Source: Gemmatimonadota bacterium
GTDB lineage: Bacteria; Gemmatimonadota; Gemmatimonadetes; Longimicrobiales; Gaopeijiaceae
Direction of reading: 5' to 3'
Assembly: GCA_034521595.1 (NCBI GenBank)
Contig: JAXHMG010000003.1
Coordinates: 64,001 to 128,000 of the forward strand
Length of the DNA: 64,000 nt
The notes beneath the pieces were generated by a model. The model was not told the DNA's origin, did not search any database, and worked only from the letters and a program-made list of their open reading frames with translations. Both the position numbers and the translations under genes were made by a program. Positions 9,671-18,893 of this stretch are shown here, piece after piece (position 1 is the first letter of the stretch; the number at the start of each line of letters is the position of its first letter).

Positions 9671-10144
9671 TCAAGAGGTCGAGTCCGAGGTCGCGACTCC
9701 CGCCTCGTCCAACACCGTCTGGAGGCTGTCGCGGAGCGCGTTGTGACGCTCGATCGTCGATCGACACGCGGCTTCGGCATTGCGCAGGCGCTCGACCCGG
9801 GCATCCCACGCATCGACCGAGTCGTTGTAGCGTTCGAACGACTCCATGTACTCGTCGTACTGGTCTTCCGGAACCCCGCGGGCGTCGAGCGCCTCGAAGC
9901 TATCCACCTGCGAGCGGAGCGACGTGATGACGTCGTCGAACTCGCGGAGGCGTGTCTCGGAGCTCTCGACGGTGCCCCTGCAGCGCTGGGCGGATGCCCG
10001 CGCCTGGAAGAGCTCGCTCCGGAGCCTGGTGATCTCCGACGAGACCCGTTGGCGCTCGAGGATCCGGTCGACACCCAGGAAGAGCAGGGCGGCCGCGCCG
10101 AGCGAGAGGAGGACCGGGAGCATCGAGCGGAGCTTCTGATTCAC
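9671..10144 (-). CDS. Hypothetical membrane-anchored coiled-coil protein
   Basis: N-terminal hydrophobic helix followed by charged heptad-rich sequence, GC3-biased codons. Confidence 0.7.
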   Translation of the reverse strand: MNQKLRSMLPVLLSLGAAALLFLGVDRILERQRVSSEITRLRSELFQARASAQRCRGTVESSETRLREFDDVITSLRSQVDSFEALDARGVPEDQYDEYMESFERYNDSVDAWDARVERLRNAEAACRSTIERHNALRDSLQTVLDEAGVATSDSTS

Positions 10145-10187
10145 CGTGCCCCACCCCGGTCTCGGAGGCGTCGCGGACGGACGTCTC

Positions 10188-11876
10188 TCACGGATCGACG
10201 GTGAATCCGAACATCATCCCGGCTTCCAGGTGCTCGGCGATGTGGCAGTGAAGCATCCATTCGCCCGGATTGGACATCTCGACCAGGAGGTCCATGGTGG
10301 AGCCGACGGGAACGATCGCCGTGTCCTTCCACACCAGGTTCTCGTTCCGGACCCCGTCCATCGCGAGCACGAGGAACCGCTGGCCGTGGATGTGGATCGG
10401 ATGGTTCATGGGGTGGAAGGAGTCGGGTGAGTTGAAGATCCGGATCTTCACCACGTCTCCGACGTCGAAGCGCCAGTCGATCTCGTCGTTCTCGGCGCCC
10501 GTATCGCGGTCGCGCAGGATCCAGGTGACCTGTTCGCCGGTCGAGAGCCAGTTCATCATCGGCATCCCGTCGTTCCACTCGACCGGTGGATAGTAGAGCG
10601 TGTCGGCCTCCATGGAGAGCATGATGGAGGGATGGAGGTTCCGGACCCGCACGGTCGTCTCCAGCTCGTGGTCGGGCTCTCGGTCGAACCACGGACGAAA
10701 CGCCTCGATCTCCTCCTGCACGGCCTCGTGCTCTCTCAACGTGGTGAACGCCTCGGAGAGGTCGGGCTCGGCGGGTTCGTCGGCGACCGTCACGAGCGAG
10801 AGCGTGTCCACGTGCGGGTAGAATTCACCGCGGAAGTGATTGACGGCCTGGATGGTGTTCGCGATGGCGACCTCACCTGGATCGTCGAACATCACGTCCA
10901 CCACGTAGCGCTCCGCGGGTCCGATGACCACGGACTCGGTCCATTGCTCGCGCTCGTAGCGGCCGATGTCCGAGGCGACGATCTTCACCCGAGCGCTCCC
11001 GAACGTGACGTTGAACGTGCGGGTGTTGGCGACGTTCGTGAGGAAGAAGCGCACCACTTCCCCCCGCTTCACGTCGAGGGTGTGCTCGGTCTCGCCATTG
11101 ACCATCATCACGTTGCCGAAGCGACCCATGAGCGCGTGCGTGGCCGCGCTCTCGCCCCACGGTAGGGCCCCCTCGTCGTCCACGAGCAGATCGTCGAGCA
11201 CGAAGACCTCCTCCCGGTGGGAGGGCCCGTAGTATTCCGGGTCCGGCGACGTCACGTGCAGGTTGCCGAACAGTCCGAGGTCCTGTTGGACGTCTTCGCG
11301 GACGTGCGGGTGGTACCAAAACATGCCCGCATCGGGAACATGGACCTCGTAGGTGAAGCTCTCACCCTGCTCGATCGGGTCCTGGGTCAGCTCCGGTACG
11401 CCGTCGTACCGATTCTCGAGACGGATGCCGTGCCAGTGGATGGTCGTCGGCATCTGGATGTCGTTCGTTACTTCGACCACGAGCGTCGCGTCCTGGGGCG
11501 CCTGGATCAGGGGACCCGGGTACTGCTCGTTGTAGCCGTACATGACCATCTCGTGGCCTTCGATCGTGCGGCGCACCATCGACACCGAGATGTCGAGGGT
11601 GTCCCCGTCCTCCATCTCCACCACCTCGGATGGACGCGCCTCCGGGAACATCGAGGGATCCATGCCCTCGCCCGGCAGGAACGGCTCCACGACCGGGGTC
11701 GCGGTCTCGAGTCCGGGGAGCATCGGCATGTTCGGGTCCATGGGGACCATGCGCCAGCCGCCCTCCATGTCCATGCCTTCCATCTCGTGGCCCTCGTGCT
11801 GAGCCGCGGAGACGGACGGCATACACGCCAGGAGCGCCGCGACGGCGAGGGCTCGGCATACGACAGTGCGTGCCAC
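10188..11876 (-). CDS. Multicopper oxidase
   Basis: HWHG, WYHPH, HPIHIHG, HCHIAEHLEAGM copper motifs, signal peptide, Met/His-rich N-terminus. GTG start 1 nt after the upstream stop. Confidence 0.95.
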   Translation of the reverse strand: MARTVVCRALAVAALLACMPSVSAAQHEGHEMEGMDMEGGWRMVPMDPNMPMLPGLETATPVVEPFLPGEGMDPSMFPEARPSEVVEMEDGDTLDISVSMVRRTIEGHEMVMYGYNEQYPGPLIQAPQDATLVVEVTNDIQMPTTIHWHGIRLENRYDGVPELTQDPIEQGESFTYEVHVPDAGMFWYHPHVREDVQQDLGLFGNLHVTSPDPEYYGPSHREEVFVLDDLLVDDEGALPWGESAATHALMGRFGNVMMVNGETEHTLDVKRGEVVRFFLTNVANTRTFNVTFGSARVKIVASDIGRYEREQWTESVVIGPAERYVVDVMFDDPGEVAIANTIQAVNHFRGEFYPHVDTLSLVTVADEPAEPDLSEAFTTLREHEAVQEEIEAFRPWFDREPDHELETTVRVRNLHPSIMLSMEADTLYYPPVEWNDGMPMMNWLSTGEQVTWILRDRDTGAENDEIDWRFDVGDVVKIRIFNSPDSFHPMNHPIHIHGQRFLVLAMDGVRNENLVWKDTAIVPVGSTMDLLVEMSNPGEWMLHCHIAEHLEAGMMFGFTVDP

Positions 11877-11877
11877 G

Positions 11878-12450
11878 TCAGCTCCCGAAGCCGTACGAGG
11901 CGCAGTTCTCCTGCTGCAGCGCGCCGTGTCCGAGCATCGTGTGCATCGCACCACTCCGCGACATGCCTCGGAAGACGACGGGCCCCGACCAACGATCTCC
12001 GTCCGGGGCGTCCGCCGGCTCGAGCGTGACGACAACGAGAAACTTGTTCCAGGACACGGGACCGCCGGCACGGAGGTTCTCGTCGAATGCGGTCAGCCGC
12101 TCGACCCGGTCGAGGTCGGGCGTGGTGAGCCAAGCGACGAGCCGGCCGGAATCGGGCGGGCGCATGCGCTCGATGGAGATGTCGACATGGTACACGTAGC
12201 TCCCGTCGGAGCTGACGGCGACCGGAAAGGGTGAGGCCGGGGGAAAGCTGACCTCCGCCCTGGCGCGGGCCGTGCCGGTTCCCGGAATGTTCTTGGTCGA
12301 AGAAAGCTCGAACCCGTAGAACTCGGGCCCCGAGGGGACGCCGCAGAATGCGGCCGGGCCCTCGGCGGATACCTGCGCCACCGGAGCGGGCATGCCCGGG
12401 GTGAGCGCCGGCACTATCAACGTTAGAAAGAGAAGGGCGTTGTTCGTCAC
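11878..12450 (-). CDS. Exported hypothetical protein directly upstream of the multicopper oxidase
   Basis: Signal-like N-terminus, beta-rich body (VAWLTTPDL, FLVVVTLEP..WSGPVV), C-terminal MHTMLGHG. Confidence 0.7.
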   Translation of the reverse strand: MTNNALLFLTLIVPALTPGMPAPVAQVSAEGPAAFCGVPSGPEFYGFELSSTKNIPGTGTARARAEVSFPPASPFPVAVSSDGSYVYHVDISIERMRPPDSGRLVAWLTTPDLDRVERLTAFDENLRAGGPVSWNKFLVVVTLEPADAPDGDRWSGPVVFRGMSRSGAMHTMLGHGALQQENCASYGFGS

Positions 12451-12662
12451 GTCGATCCCCTGTGGAACGGTGGCCTTCGATCGTCCGCCGGTGGGCGATT
12501 CGCGCCCGCGGCGTTGCATGAGCCTACACGCGAGCGGCTGAAATGAGCCTATTCGGGTGACTGGTGGACGACAAGGCGAGGGGCGCGAGCCCTCGTTCTC
12601 GCGGCGCCCCGTCTTTATCCTACCCGGACTGCGACCCGTGTCCCGAACCTGTGAGTATTGCC

Positions 12663-13061
12663 ATGGCTGATGGCTCCCGGCATGAATTCATCGCCTCACC
12701 CGAGCTCCCCGCACCCATCGGGCCGTACTCACCGGGGGTGGCTTGGGACCGCATCGTGATGGTGTCGGGGCAGGGAGCCACCGATCCGGCCACGGGGGAG
12801 CTCGCGGGTCCGGACGTGGAAACCCAGACCGAGCAGGTGTTCCGAAACATCGAATCGATCCTCGTCGCCGCCGGGACGGATCTCTCCAGGGTTTTGCGAT
12901 GCGGGGTCTTCCTGGTCGACCTGAGAGACTTCGAAGCGATGAATGCCGTTTACGCGCGTTGGTTCGGCCACCACAAGCCGGCGCGCACGACGGTTCAGGT
13001 GGCCTCGCTACCCGACCCGGGACTCCGGGTGGAGATCGACGCGATCGCGTATCGGCCGTAG
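12663..13061 (+). CDS. RidA/YjgF-family enamine/imine deaminase
   Basis: PAPIGPYS, VSGQ, MNAVY, PARTTV, VEIDAIA. Confidence 0.92.
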   Translation: MADGSRHEFIASPELPAPIGPYSPGVAWDRIVMVSGQGATDPATGELAGPDVETQTEQVFRNIESILVAAGTDLSRVLRCGVFLVDLRDFEAMNAVYARWFGHHKPARTTVQVASLPDPGLRVEIDAIAYRP

Positions 13062-13162
13062 TCCGTCGTCGCACTTCAGACGACGGCATCGCGAATGCGT
13101 CCACGGGCCGGCGACCCGATGCCGGGGCGACTCGATCTCGAGTCGCCCCGGCACGGCGCTCG

Positions 13163-14512
13163 TCAATGCCGTCGGCTGATCGGACCCTGGATCAGCGATT
13201 CGTCCCACTTCTGGGCCGAGGAGATGTCCGGCACGCCCCATCGCTCACCGTTCCAGCCCTGAAAGCCGTCCATGCGGAACGTCCAGAATCCGGTCGACAT
13301 ATCGCTGACGACGATGAGGCCGTCCTCGTTGCGCACGTCCACGCCGAACGCGCCGTTGAACATGGAGTAGCGGTCGGTGTTCGGCGGTCCCAGGTAGGTG
13401 TCGTAATACCCCACCGTCACGGGATTCTCGGGATCCTGCATGTTGAAGATCTGGAGGCCGTCGAGGTATCCGGAGACGAACACGTAGGGCCACCGGACTT
13501 CGTGATTGTGCACCAGGTTCTGCCAGTCCGCCGTCCATGCGGAGATCGGCGAGCTGATGTTGGACTGCTCGCCGTCGAGCGCGGGCTGGAGGTCGAAGAT
13601 GCGTAGCGGCGCGTACTGGTATTCCGTCTCCGCGATGACGTAGCGGCCGTCCGGTGTCGGAGTGAACGTGTGTCCGTAGTTCACGCCCGAGACGCCCGTC
13701 AGCGTGATGCGCAGCTCTGGCGCTTGAAGGTCCGAGACGTCGTAGATGTAGTAGCCGCCCGTACCGCCCCCATAGAAGCGGTCTTCCCCCGAATCGGGGT
13801 GATAACCCACGTAGAAATCGTGGTATCCTCGGCCGCTTCCGCGCCCGAGCGCGGACTCGGGAACGGGAACCATCCCGACGCGCGCGTTCTCGATGTCGCC
13901 TTCGACGATCATGCCGAGGTCGTAGACCAGGGCCCCGGGAGCGTTGGCGGTCGTGAACAGATAGACCCGATCGTCCGAGTGCTTGTAGATGAAGATGTTG
14001 TGGAACCCGCCCGGCATCTCGGGCTCGCGGATGCGCGCGACCTCTTCCACGGAGCTCGGGTCGGGCAAGCCGGTGACATCGAGGATGACGGCTCCGAGGT
14101 CCGAATTCGGGCCGCCCTGCCCGAACTGGAGGGACTGCACCGCGTAGTAGCGGTCGTTCCACTTGAAGTGCTTCGTATCCATCCCTCCGGTCGGGAGGTG
14201 CAGGTCCTGGTCCTCGATCCGCCACTCGTAGAGGAGCTCCGGCTGCTCGGGATCTTCGATGCTGATGATGTCGAGACCCTTCGGGCCCACGGGACCGTAC
14301 TGCATCCGCGCGACATAGGCGTAGGGTCGGTCGAGCTCCTGCTCCACCTCCATGTCCGCGACCGAGAGCCTGGGGCCCAACGGCAGGTGGCCGAGCACCT
14401 CGATGTTGTCGCTTCCGCGGTCGGCGGGCGTCCAGGGTGTTTCCTGTGCGGCCAGCGGGGCGAAGGATACCGCGAGCAACGCGGTGGTCACGAACGTGTG
14501 GAGCATCTTCAT
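13163..14512 (-). CDS. Secreted LVIVD-repeat (beta-propeller-like) protein
   Basis: Signal peptide, GAGAGG RBS, repeats such as LDIISIEDPEQP, YIYDVSDLQAP, LQIFNMQDPENP, and HNIF/HDFY/HTF/HNHE histidine motifs. Confidence 0.78.
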   Translation of the reverse strand: MKMLHTFVTTALLAVSFAPLAAQETPWTPADRGSDNIEVLGHLPLGPRLSVADMEVEQELDRPYAYVARMQYGPVGPKGLDIISIEDPEQPELLYEWRIEDQDLHLPTGGMDTKHFKWNDRYYAVQSLQFGQGGPNSDLGAVILDVTGLPDPSSVEEVARIREPEMPGGFHNIFIYKHSDDRVYLFTTANAPGALVYDLGMIVEGDIENARVGMVPVPESALGRGSGRGYHDFYVGYHPDSGEDRFYGGGTGGYYIYDVSDLQAPELRITLTGVSGVNYGHTFTPTPDGRYVIAETEYQYAPLRIFDLQPALDGEQSNISSPISAWTADWQNLVHNHEVRWPYVFVSGYLDGLQIFNMQDPENPVTVGYYDTYLGPPNTDRYSMFNGAFGVDVRNEDGLIVVSDMSTGFWTFRMDGFQGWNGERWGVPDISSAQKWDESLIQGPISRRH

Positions 14513-14608
14513 CGGGCACCTCTCGAAGGTCACGAAACGGACGAGGAGCCAAGGTGGCGTGGCGATGGCCCGAGGGCAACCGGAGCCGTGGCGCGCCCGG
14601 GTCCCTCC

Positions 14609-15766
14609 CTACACGAGCGAGAGTATCGTCGCGGCCAGGCGCTCGTCGTCGTAGTAAGGGGCACGCTCCGGGGTGAGGAGGCGAGTATCGACGAGCTCGA
14701 TCCCGAGATCCTGGAGAAAGTGGGACGTCCCGTCCGAAAGGGTGACCGCCTCCGGGTCGACGACGACGTAGCGCACGAGACGGGCCGGGGCCGCGTGCTC
14801 CGATGTCCCCTCATCGAGACACGCGAGGAGCCGCAGCACCTTCCGGCGGAGGTCCAGCCCCCGTTCCTCGGGGTCCGTCCCGTCGGGGTTGGGCACGTAG
14901 ACCTTGGGAGCGTCCGAGCGGACCACGGCATCGGCCACGCCGTCCGGCAGGAGGGTCGCGAGGAGGCTGGAGTAAAAGCTCCCCACGGGGTAGCAGATCA
15001 GGTCCGCTCCCTCGATCAGGCGGGCCACGGCCTTGTCGATTGGGACGCGGTGAGGGGCCGGGCGCATGAGGGATTCGGTCAGGAAGAGGCGCTCCACCGG
15101 TGACGTGAGCGGTGGAGCGCCCTTCCCGGTGATGCGGTGTTGGCCCGCGACGCGGCGACCGTCACGAAGCTCGGCCGCGAGATGGAGATCCGCGTCCACG
15201 ATCGGGCGGACCACGCCCTGCGTCTTCACGAGGCGGGAGAAGAAGTGCACCACGCGCTCGAGATCACGGTCCTGGCTCAGGTAGCCACCGGTGAGCACCA
15301 GGTTGCCGATCGCGGCTCCACGCAGGTCGAAGGTCCGGGGCATGGCATCGACGAAGTAGTCGAGGTGGTTGCGCACGATCCCGCGAAGCGGCTCGGGTAT
15401 GGCGGCCACGAGCGGGTCCGATCCGGCCACCATCCGCGCCAAGTGGGCGTTCAAGGCCTCGGGCTCACCCTCCGAGGGAAGCCGGAACGCCAGGAGGTCG
15501 TGGAGCTCCCGGGTGCCGCTGGTCGTTGGGTCCGCCAGCGCGAGGAGACGGTTCCGGAGGTCGCCCACGGCCGGCATGCGGAAAGCCCGCCGCAGCTCCG
15601 CGCTGCTTCCTCCGGAGTCGAACGGCGTGACCAGATGGATGGAGTTGTGGGTGAGCTCCACGAGATGCCGGCTCAGCGTGCGGAGTCCGTTGCCGCCGCT
15701 GAAGAAGAGCGGGGCGGGTCCGAGCTCCGGGGCATGGCGGTAGCGCTCGAGGGGAACTGCGGTCAT
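14609..15766 (-). CDS. CofD/YvcK-related protein, GAK-system type
   Basis: PELGP..LFFSGG, THNSIHLVTPFDSGGSS, GDLRNRL, ADLICYPVGSFYSS. Confidence 0.85.
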   Translation of the reverse strand: MTAVPLERYRHAPELGPAPLFFSGGNGLRTLSRHLVELTHNSIHLVTPFDSGGSSAELRRAFRMPAVGDLRNRLLALADPTTSGTRELHDLLAFRLPSEGEPEALNAHLARMVAGSDPLVAAIPEPLRGIVRNHLDYFVDAMPRTFDLRGAAIGNLVLTGGYLSQDRDLERVVHFFSRLVKTQGVVRPIVDADLHLAAELRDGRRVAGQHRITGKGAPPLTSPVERLFLTESLMRPAPHRVPIDKAVARLIEGADLICYPVGSFYSSLLATLLPDGVADAVVRSDAPKVYVPNPDGTDPEERGLDLRRKVLRLLACLDEGTSEHAAPARLVRYVVVDPEAVTLSDGTSHFLQDLGIELVDTRLLTPERAPYYDDERLAATILSLV

Positions 15767-15892
15767 GCCTAGCTCCGTGCCGATGCGACGCGAGGACCTG
15801 TGACTCGTGCGGTCGGGGCTGTCGCATGAGGCTACCGATGTAGGAGCGGCGGAGCCAGCCTCCCACGAACAGGTGCGGGGCAGGGCTTCGGG

Positions 15893-18112
15893 CTACCGTC
15901 CCCCGCCGGAGGGGACGCGGCTGGGCTCGATCGGCTCCACGGAGGGAGGCGCTACGGCGTGCCAGGCCCGCTCCAGCCATCCGAGCACGCCGCCGCGGCA
16001 CTGTTCCACGCGGACCGAACCGGCCTGTACCCATGCTTCCTCGGGCTCGGTTCCGGATCGGGTGGCACAGCCTCGCTCGATGGCCCGGCCCGTCACCGGA
16101 TCGTAGCGGACCCGCTCGACACCGATCGGTCGTGGCCACGTCGTACGCGACCGTGCCTCCGTTCCTTCGAGGGCGTCCATCCATCGGGCCCACGCCGGGG
16201 CGGCGAGGGCGCCCCCACCCGCATCCGGAACGATCTCCGCCGGATCGTCGAACCCGAGCCAGATCCCGCTGACCAGGCCGGGCGTGAGCCCCACGAACCA
16301 CGCATCTTTCCCGTTGTTGGTGGTGCCTGTCTTGCCGGCCGCGGGGCCGCGGTATCCTTCGTGCCTCACGCTGACGGCGGTGCCCCGGTCGACGACGTCG
16401 CGCATCGCGTCCAGAACGACGAAGCTCGTCGTGGGGGCCAGCGCCGGGTCACCGTCCGTAGGATTCGGCCGTGTCCAGAGGACGGTGCCGTCTCTGTCCT
16501 CGACGCGCTCGATGAGGTGGGGCTCCACCATTCGCCCTCCGTTTCCGAACACGGCGTAAGCCCCGGTCATGTCGAGCAGCGACGCATCGAACGCCCCGAT
16601 GGAGGTGGAGGGGACTTCCGGGATCGGGCTGTCGATGCCGACGTTCCTCCCCACCGCGCCGAGTGCGTCGAGCCCGAGGTCCATGGCGAGATGGGCCGCG
16701 GCACGGTTCGAGGAGCGTACGAGCGCCTCGCGCAAGGGTAGCACCGTTTCGTCCACGTGGTCGGCGGGCAGCCACGGCCCGCTCGCGCTCTGGATGGGCA
16801 CCGTGTCCGCCGAGACCGGCGCCAGCATCCCGAGCCCACGCTCCAGCGCGGAGGCCACCAGGAACGGCTTGATCAGCGATCCGACCTGGCGCTCGGCCTG
16901 GTCCACCCGGTCGAACTCGGAATCCGTGAAGGCTCGGCCGCCGACCCAGGCGCGTACGGCGCCGGTCCGCGGGTCGAGGGCCACCGCCGCCCCCTGGAGG
17001 CGATCGGCCGTGTCGCGCGGCGTGAAGGGGCCGTAAGCACCTCGCTCGATGGCGCCGATCTGTGCCAGGAGCGCGTGTTCTCCCTGTTCCTGGACTCGGG
17101 GGTCGATGGTCGTGAAGATCCGCAGACCCGATCGACCCGCCAGCTCGGAGGTCACGGCGCGCAGTTCCCGGGTGGCCGCGGCACTCAGGTAGCTTCGGTG
17201 TCGCCGGAGCTCCAGGTGAAGAGATGTGCCCAACGGCTCCGAGCGGGCGGCTTCGACCTCTTCCGTCGAGGCGATCCCTTCCTCGTGGAGGATGCCCAGG
17301 ACGACGTTCCGCCTGGCGCGCGCACGTTCGGGGTGCCGTCGGGGCTCGTAACGCTCGGGGCCGCGCGTCATTCCGACCAGCGTCGCGACCTGGCCGAGGT
17401 CGAGCGCGTCGACCCCCTTCCCGAAGTAGTGCTGCGAGGCCCGTTCAATGCCGTAGATTCCGTTCCCCATGTAGATGGCGTTGAGGTAAAGCGTGAGCAC
17501 CCGCTCGTGGCCGAGCCGTTCGATCAAGCGCGGCGCGGTCAACGCTTCGATGACTTTTCGCCGCCAAGGCCCCACCCCCCGGAGGGATTCGCTCCAGAGC
17601 GTTCGCACGAGCTGCATCGGGATGGTGCTCGCTCCTTCCTCGACCTCGCCGGCCCGGAGGTTCCTGAAGGCCGCCCGCATGACGCCTCTGCCGTCGACGC
17701 CGCCGTGGTCCCAAAATCGGCGGTCTTCCACGGCGACGAAGGCATCGCGCACGAGCTCCGGAATCTCTTCGGCGTCGAGAGAACGACGGAGCGGCCCGGC
17801 GACCTCCGCGAGGGTGCTCCCATCTCTGCCCACCAGCTCGATCGCCTCGGGTAGGGGCTCGCCCGCCTCGAGCTCCGTCAGCGTGAGACAGGCCTCCTCG
17901 GGCGCGCACGACACGGAGAATGTCCGGGTCACGGTCACCCAGCCGATGAGCACGAGGCCCAGCAGCCAAACGAGATGGATCCCGCGACGGTGAAGCGCAC
18001 GCCGCAGCGTGCGCGGAAGTCGTCGGAAGCTCCGGGACGGACCATCCTTCCGGTCGGAGAGGTCCACGTCGGGACCACCGGGGGTGCCCAAGGGGTCTAT
18101 GGGGAAGCTCAT
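15893..18112 (-). CDS. Class A penicillin-binding protein (PBP1A-type)
   Basis: TM anchor, EDRRFWDH and GASTIPMQL (transglycosylase), SLIK, SSN and KTG (transpeptidase). Confidence 0.93.
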   Translation of the reverse strand: MSFPIDPLGTPGGPDVDLSDRKDGPSRSFRRLPRTLRRALHRRGIHLVWLLGLVLIGWVTVTRTFSVSCAPEEACLTLTELEAGEPLPEAIELVGRDGSTLAEVAGPLRRSLDAEEIPELVRDAFVAVEDRRFWDHGGVDGRGVMRAAFRNLRAGEVEEGASTIPMQLVRTLWSESLRGVGPWRRKVIEALTAPRLIERLGHERVLTLYLNAIYMGNGIYGIERASQHYFGKGVDALDLGQVATLVGMTRGPERYEPRRHPERARARRNVVLGILHEEGIASTEEVEAARSEPLGTSLHLELRRHRSYLSAAATRELRAVTSELAGRSGLRIFTTIDPRVQEQGEHALLAQIGAIERGAYGPFTPRDTADRLQGAAVALDPRTGAVRAWVGGRAFTDSEFDRVDQAERQVGSLIKPFLVASALERGLGMLAPVSADTVPIQSASGPWLPADHVDETVLPLREALVRSSNRAAAHLAMDLGLDALGAVGRNVGIDSPIPEVPSTSIGAFDASLLDMTGAYAVFGNGGRMVEPHLIERVEDRDGTVLWTRPNPTDGDPALAPTTSFVVLDAMRDVVDRGTAVSVRHEGYRGPAAGKTGTTNNGKDAWFVGLTPGLVSGIWLGFDDPAEIVPDAGGGALAAPAWARWMDALEGTEARSRTTWPRPIGVERVRYDPVTGRAIERGCATRSGTEPEEAWVQAGSVRVEQCRGGVLGWLERAWHAVAPPSVEPIEPSRVPSGGGR

Positions 18113-18279
18113 CAGCTCGTCGTCAGAGTTCGTCAGGGTTCCGGGTCATCAGGGATGAAGGAATCGTGCCAGTCGCTCGTCACGCTCCACATGGTCCGGG
18201 AATTGCTGGTAGTCACACCTATCCGTACCGGCGCGCTCGTACCGGCGCGGCGAGTCGGACATCACATCCAGGAGATTCG

Positions 18280-18876
18280 ATGAAGCGCATCGTGTTCGTG
18301 TTGCTCACTCTCGCGCTCGCACCCGGCGCCGCGTCGTCCCAGATCGTCTGGGACGCACCGACCATGCTCCGCCCGGGCGCGCCGTCCGGGCTGTCCGTGC
18401 TGCTTCTCGAGCCGTACCCGGGCAACGAGTTCGGGGCACTCGCCGTCTGGCGGCAGTCGCCGGCGCCGGTGGGACTCGGGCTCCGGGCCGGCGTCGCGGA
18501 GGACGCGGGCGGTGAGCTTGCGGCGTTGTTCGGTCTCGACGTGTCCGGGCCCCTCTCCAGCCTGGAGGGCGGTGGTGATCCGGGGATGATGTGGTGGGCC
18601 GGTGCCGGGTTGGGGGTGGGTGACGAGCTGGTCGCGACGTTTCCGGCCGGGATCGTGCTCGGCTGGAATCTCGAGAGCGATGGCGTGGTGTTCTCACCCA
18701 ACGTCGGGGGTCACATCGCGCTCGACATATTGACCGGCCCGGGGGACGACCTCGACCTCGACGGTGCCTTCGACCTGGGCGTGGATCTCGGGTTCAGCTC
18801 GGGGATCCAGGCGAGGTTCGGCGCCTCGCTCGGGGGACGTGAAGCTCTGGCCATCGGGCTCAGGCTGCCCATGTAG
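18280..18876 (+). CDS. Hypothetical exported protein, possible outer-membrane beta-barrel
   Basis: AGGAG RBS, signal peptide, alternating Gly/hydrophobic strands. Confidence 0.7.
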   Translation: MKRIVFVLLTLALAPGAASSQIVWDAPTMLRPGAPSGLSVLLLEPYPGNEFGALAVWRQSPAPVGLGLRAGVAEDAGGELAALFGLDVSGPLSSLEGGGDPGMMWWAGAGLGVGDELVATFPAGIVLGWNLESDGVVFSPNVGGHIALDILTGPGDDLDLDGAFDLGVDLGFSSGIQARFGASLGGREALAIGLRLPM

Positions 18877-18893
18877 CGCCGGTCGGAAGGCAC

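Noticed and set aside
14514-14531. GGGCACC-TCTCGAA-GGTC, matching the mini-unit pattern outside the TIR elements
   Set aside because: Short stem, overlaps the RBS of the LVIVD gene, and no empty allele for comparison. Could be chance; worth rechecking in a genome-wide scan.
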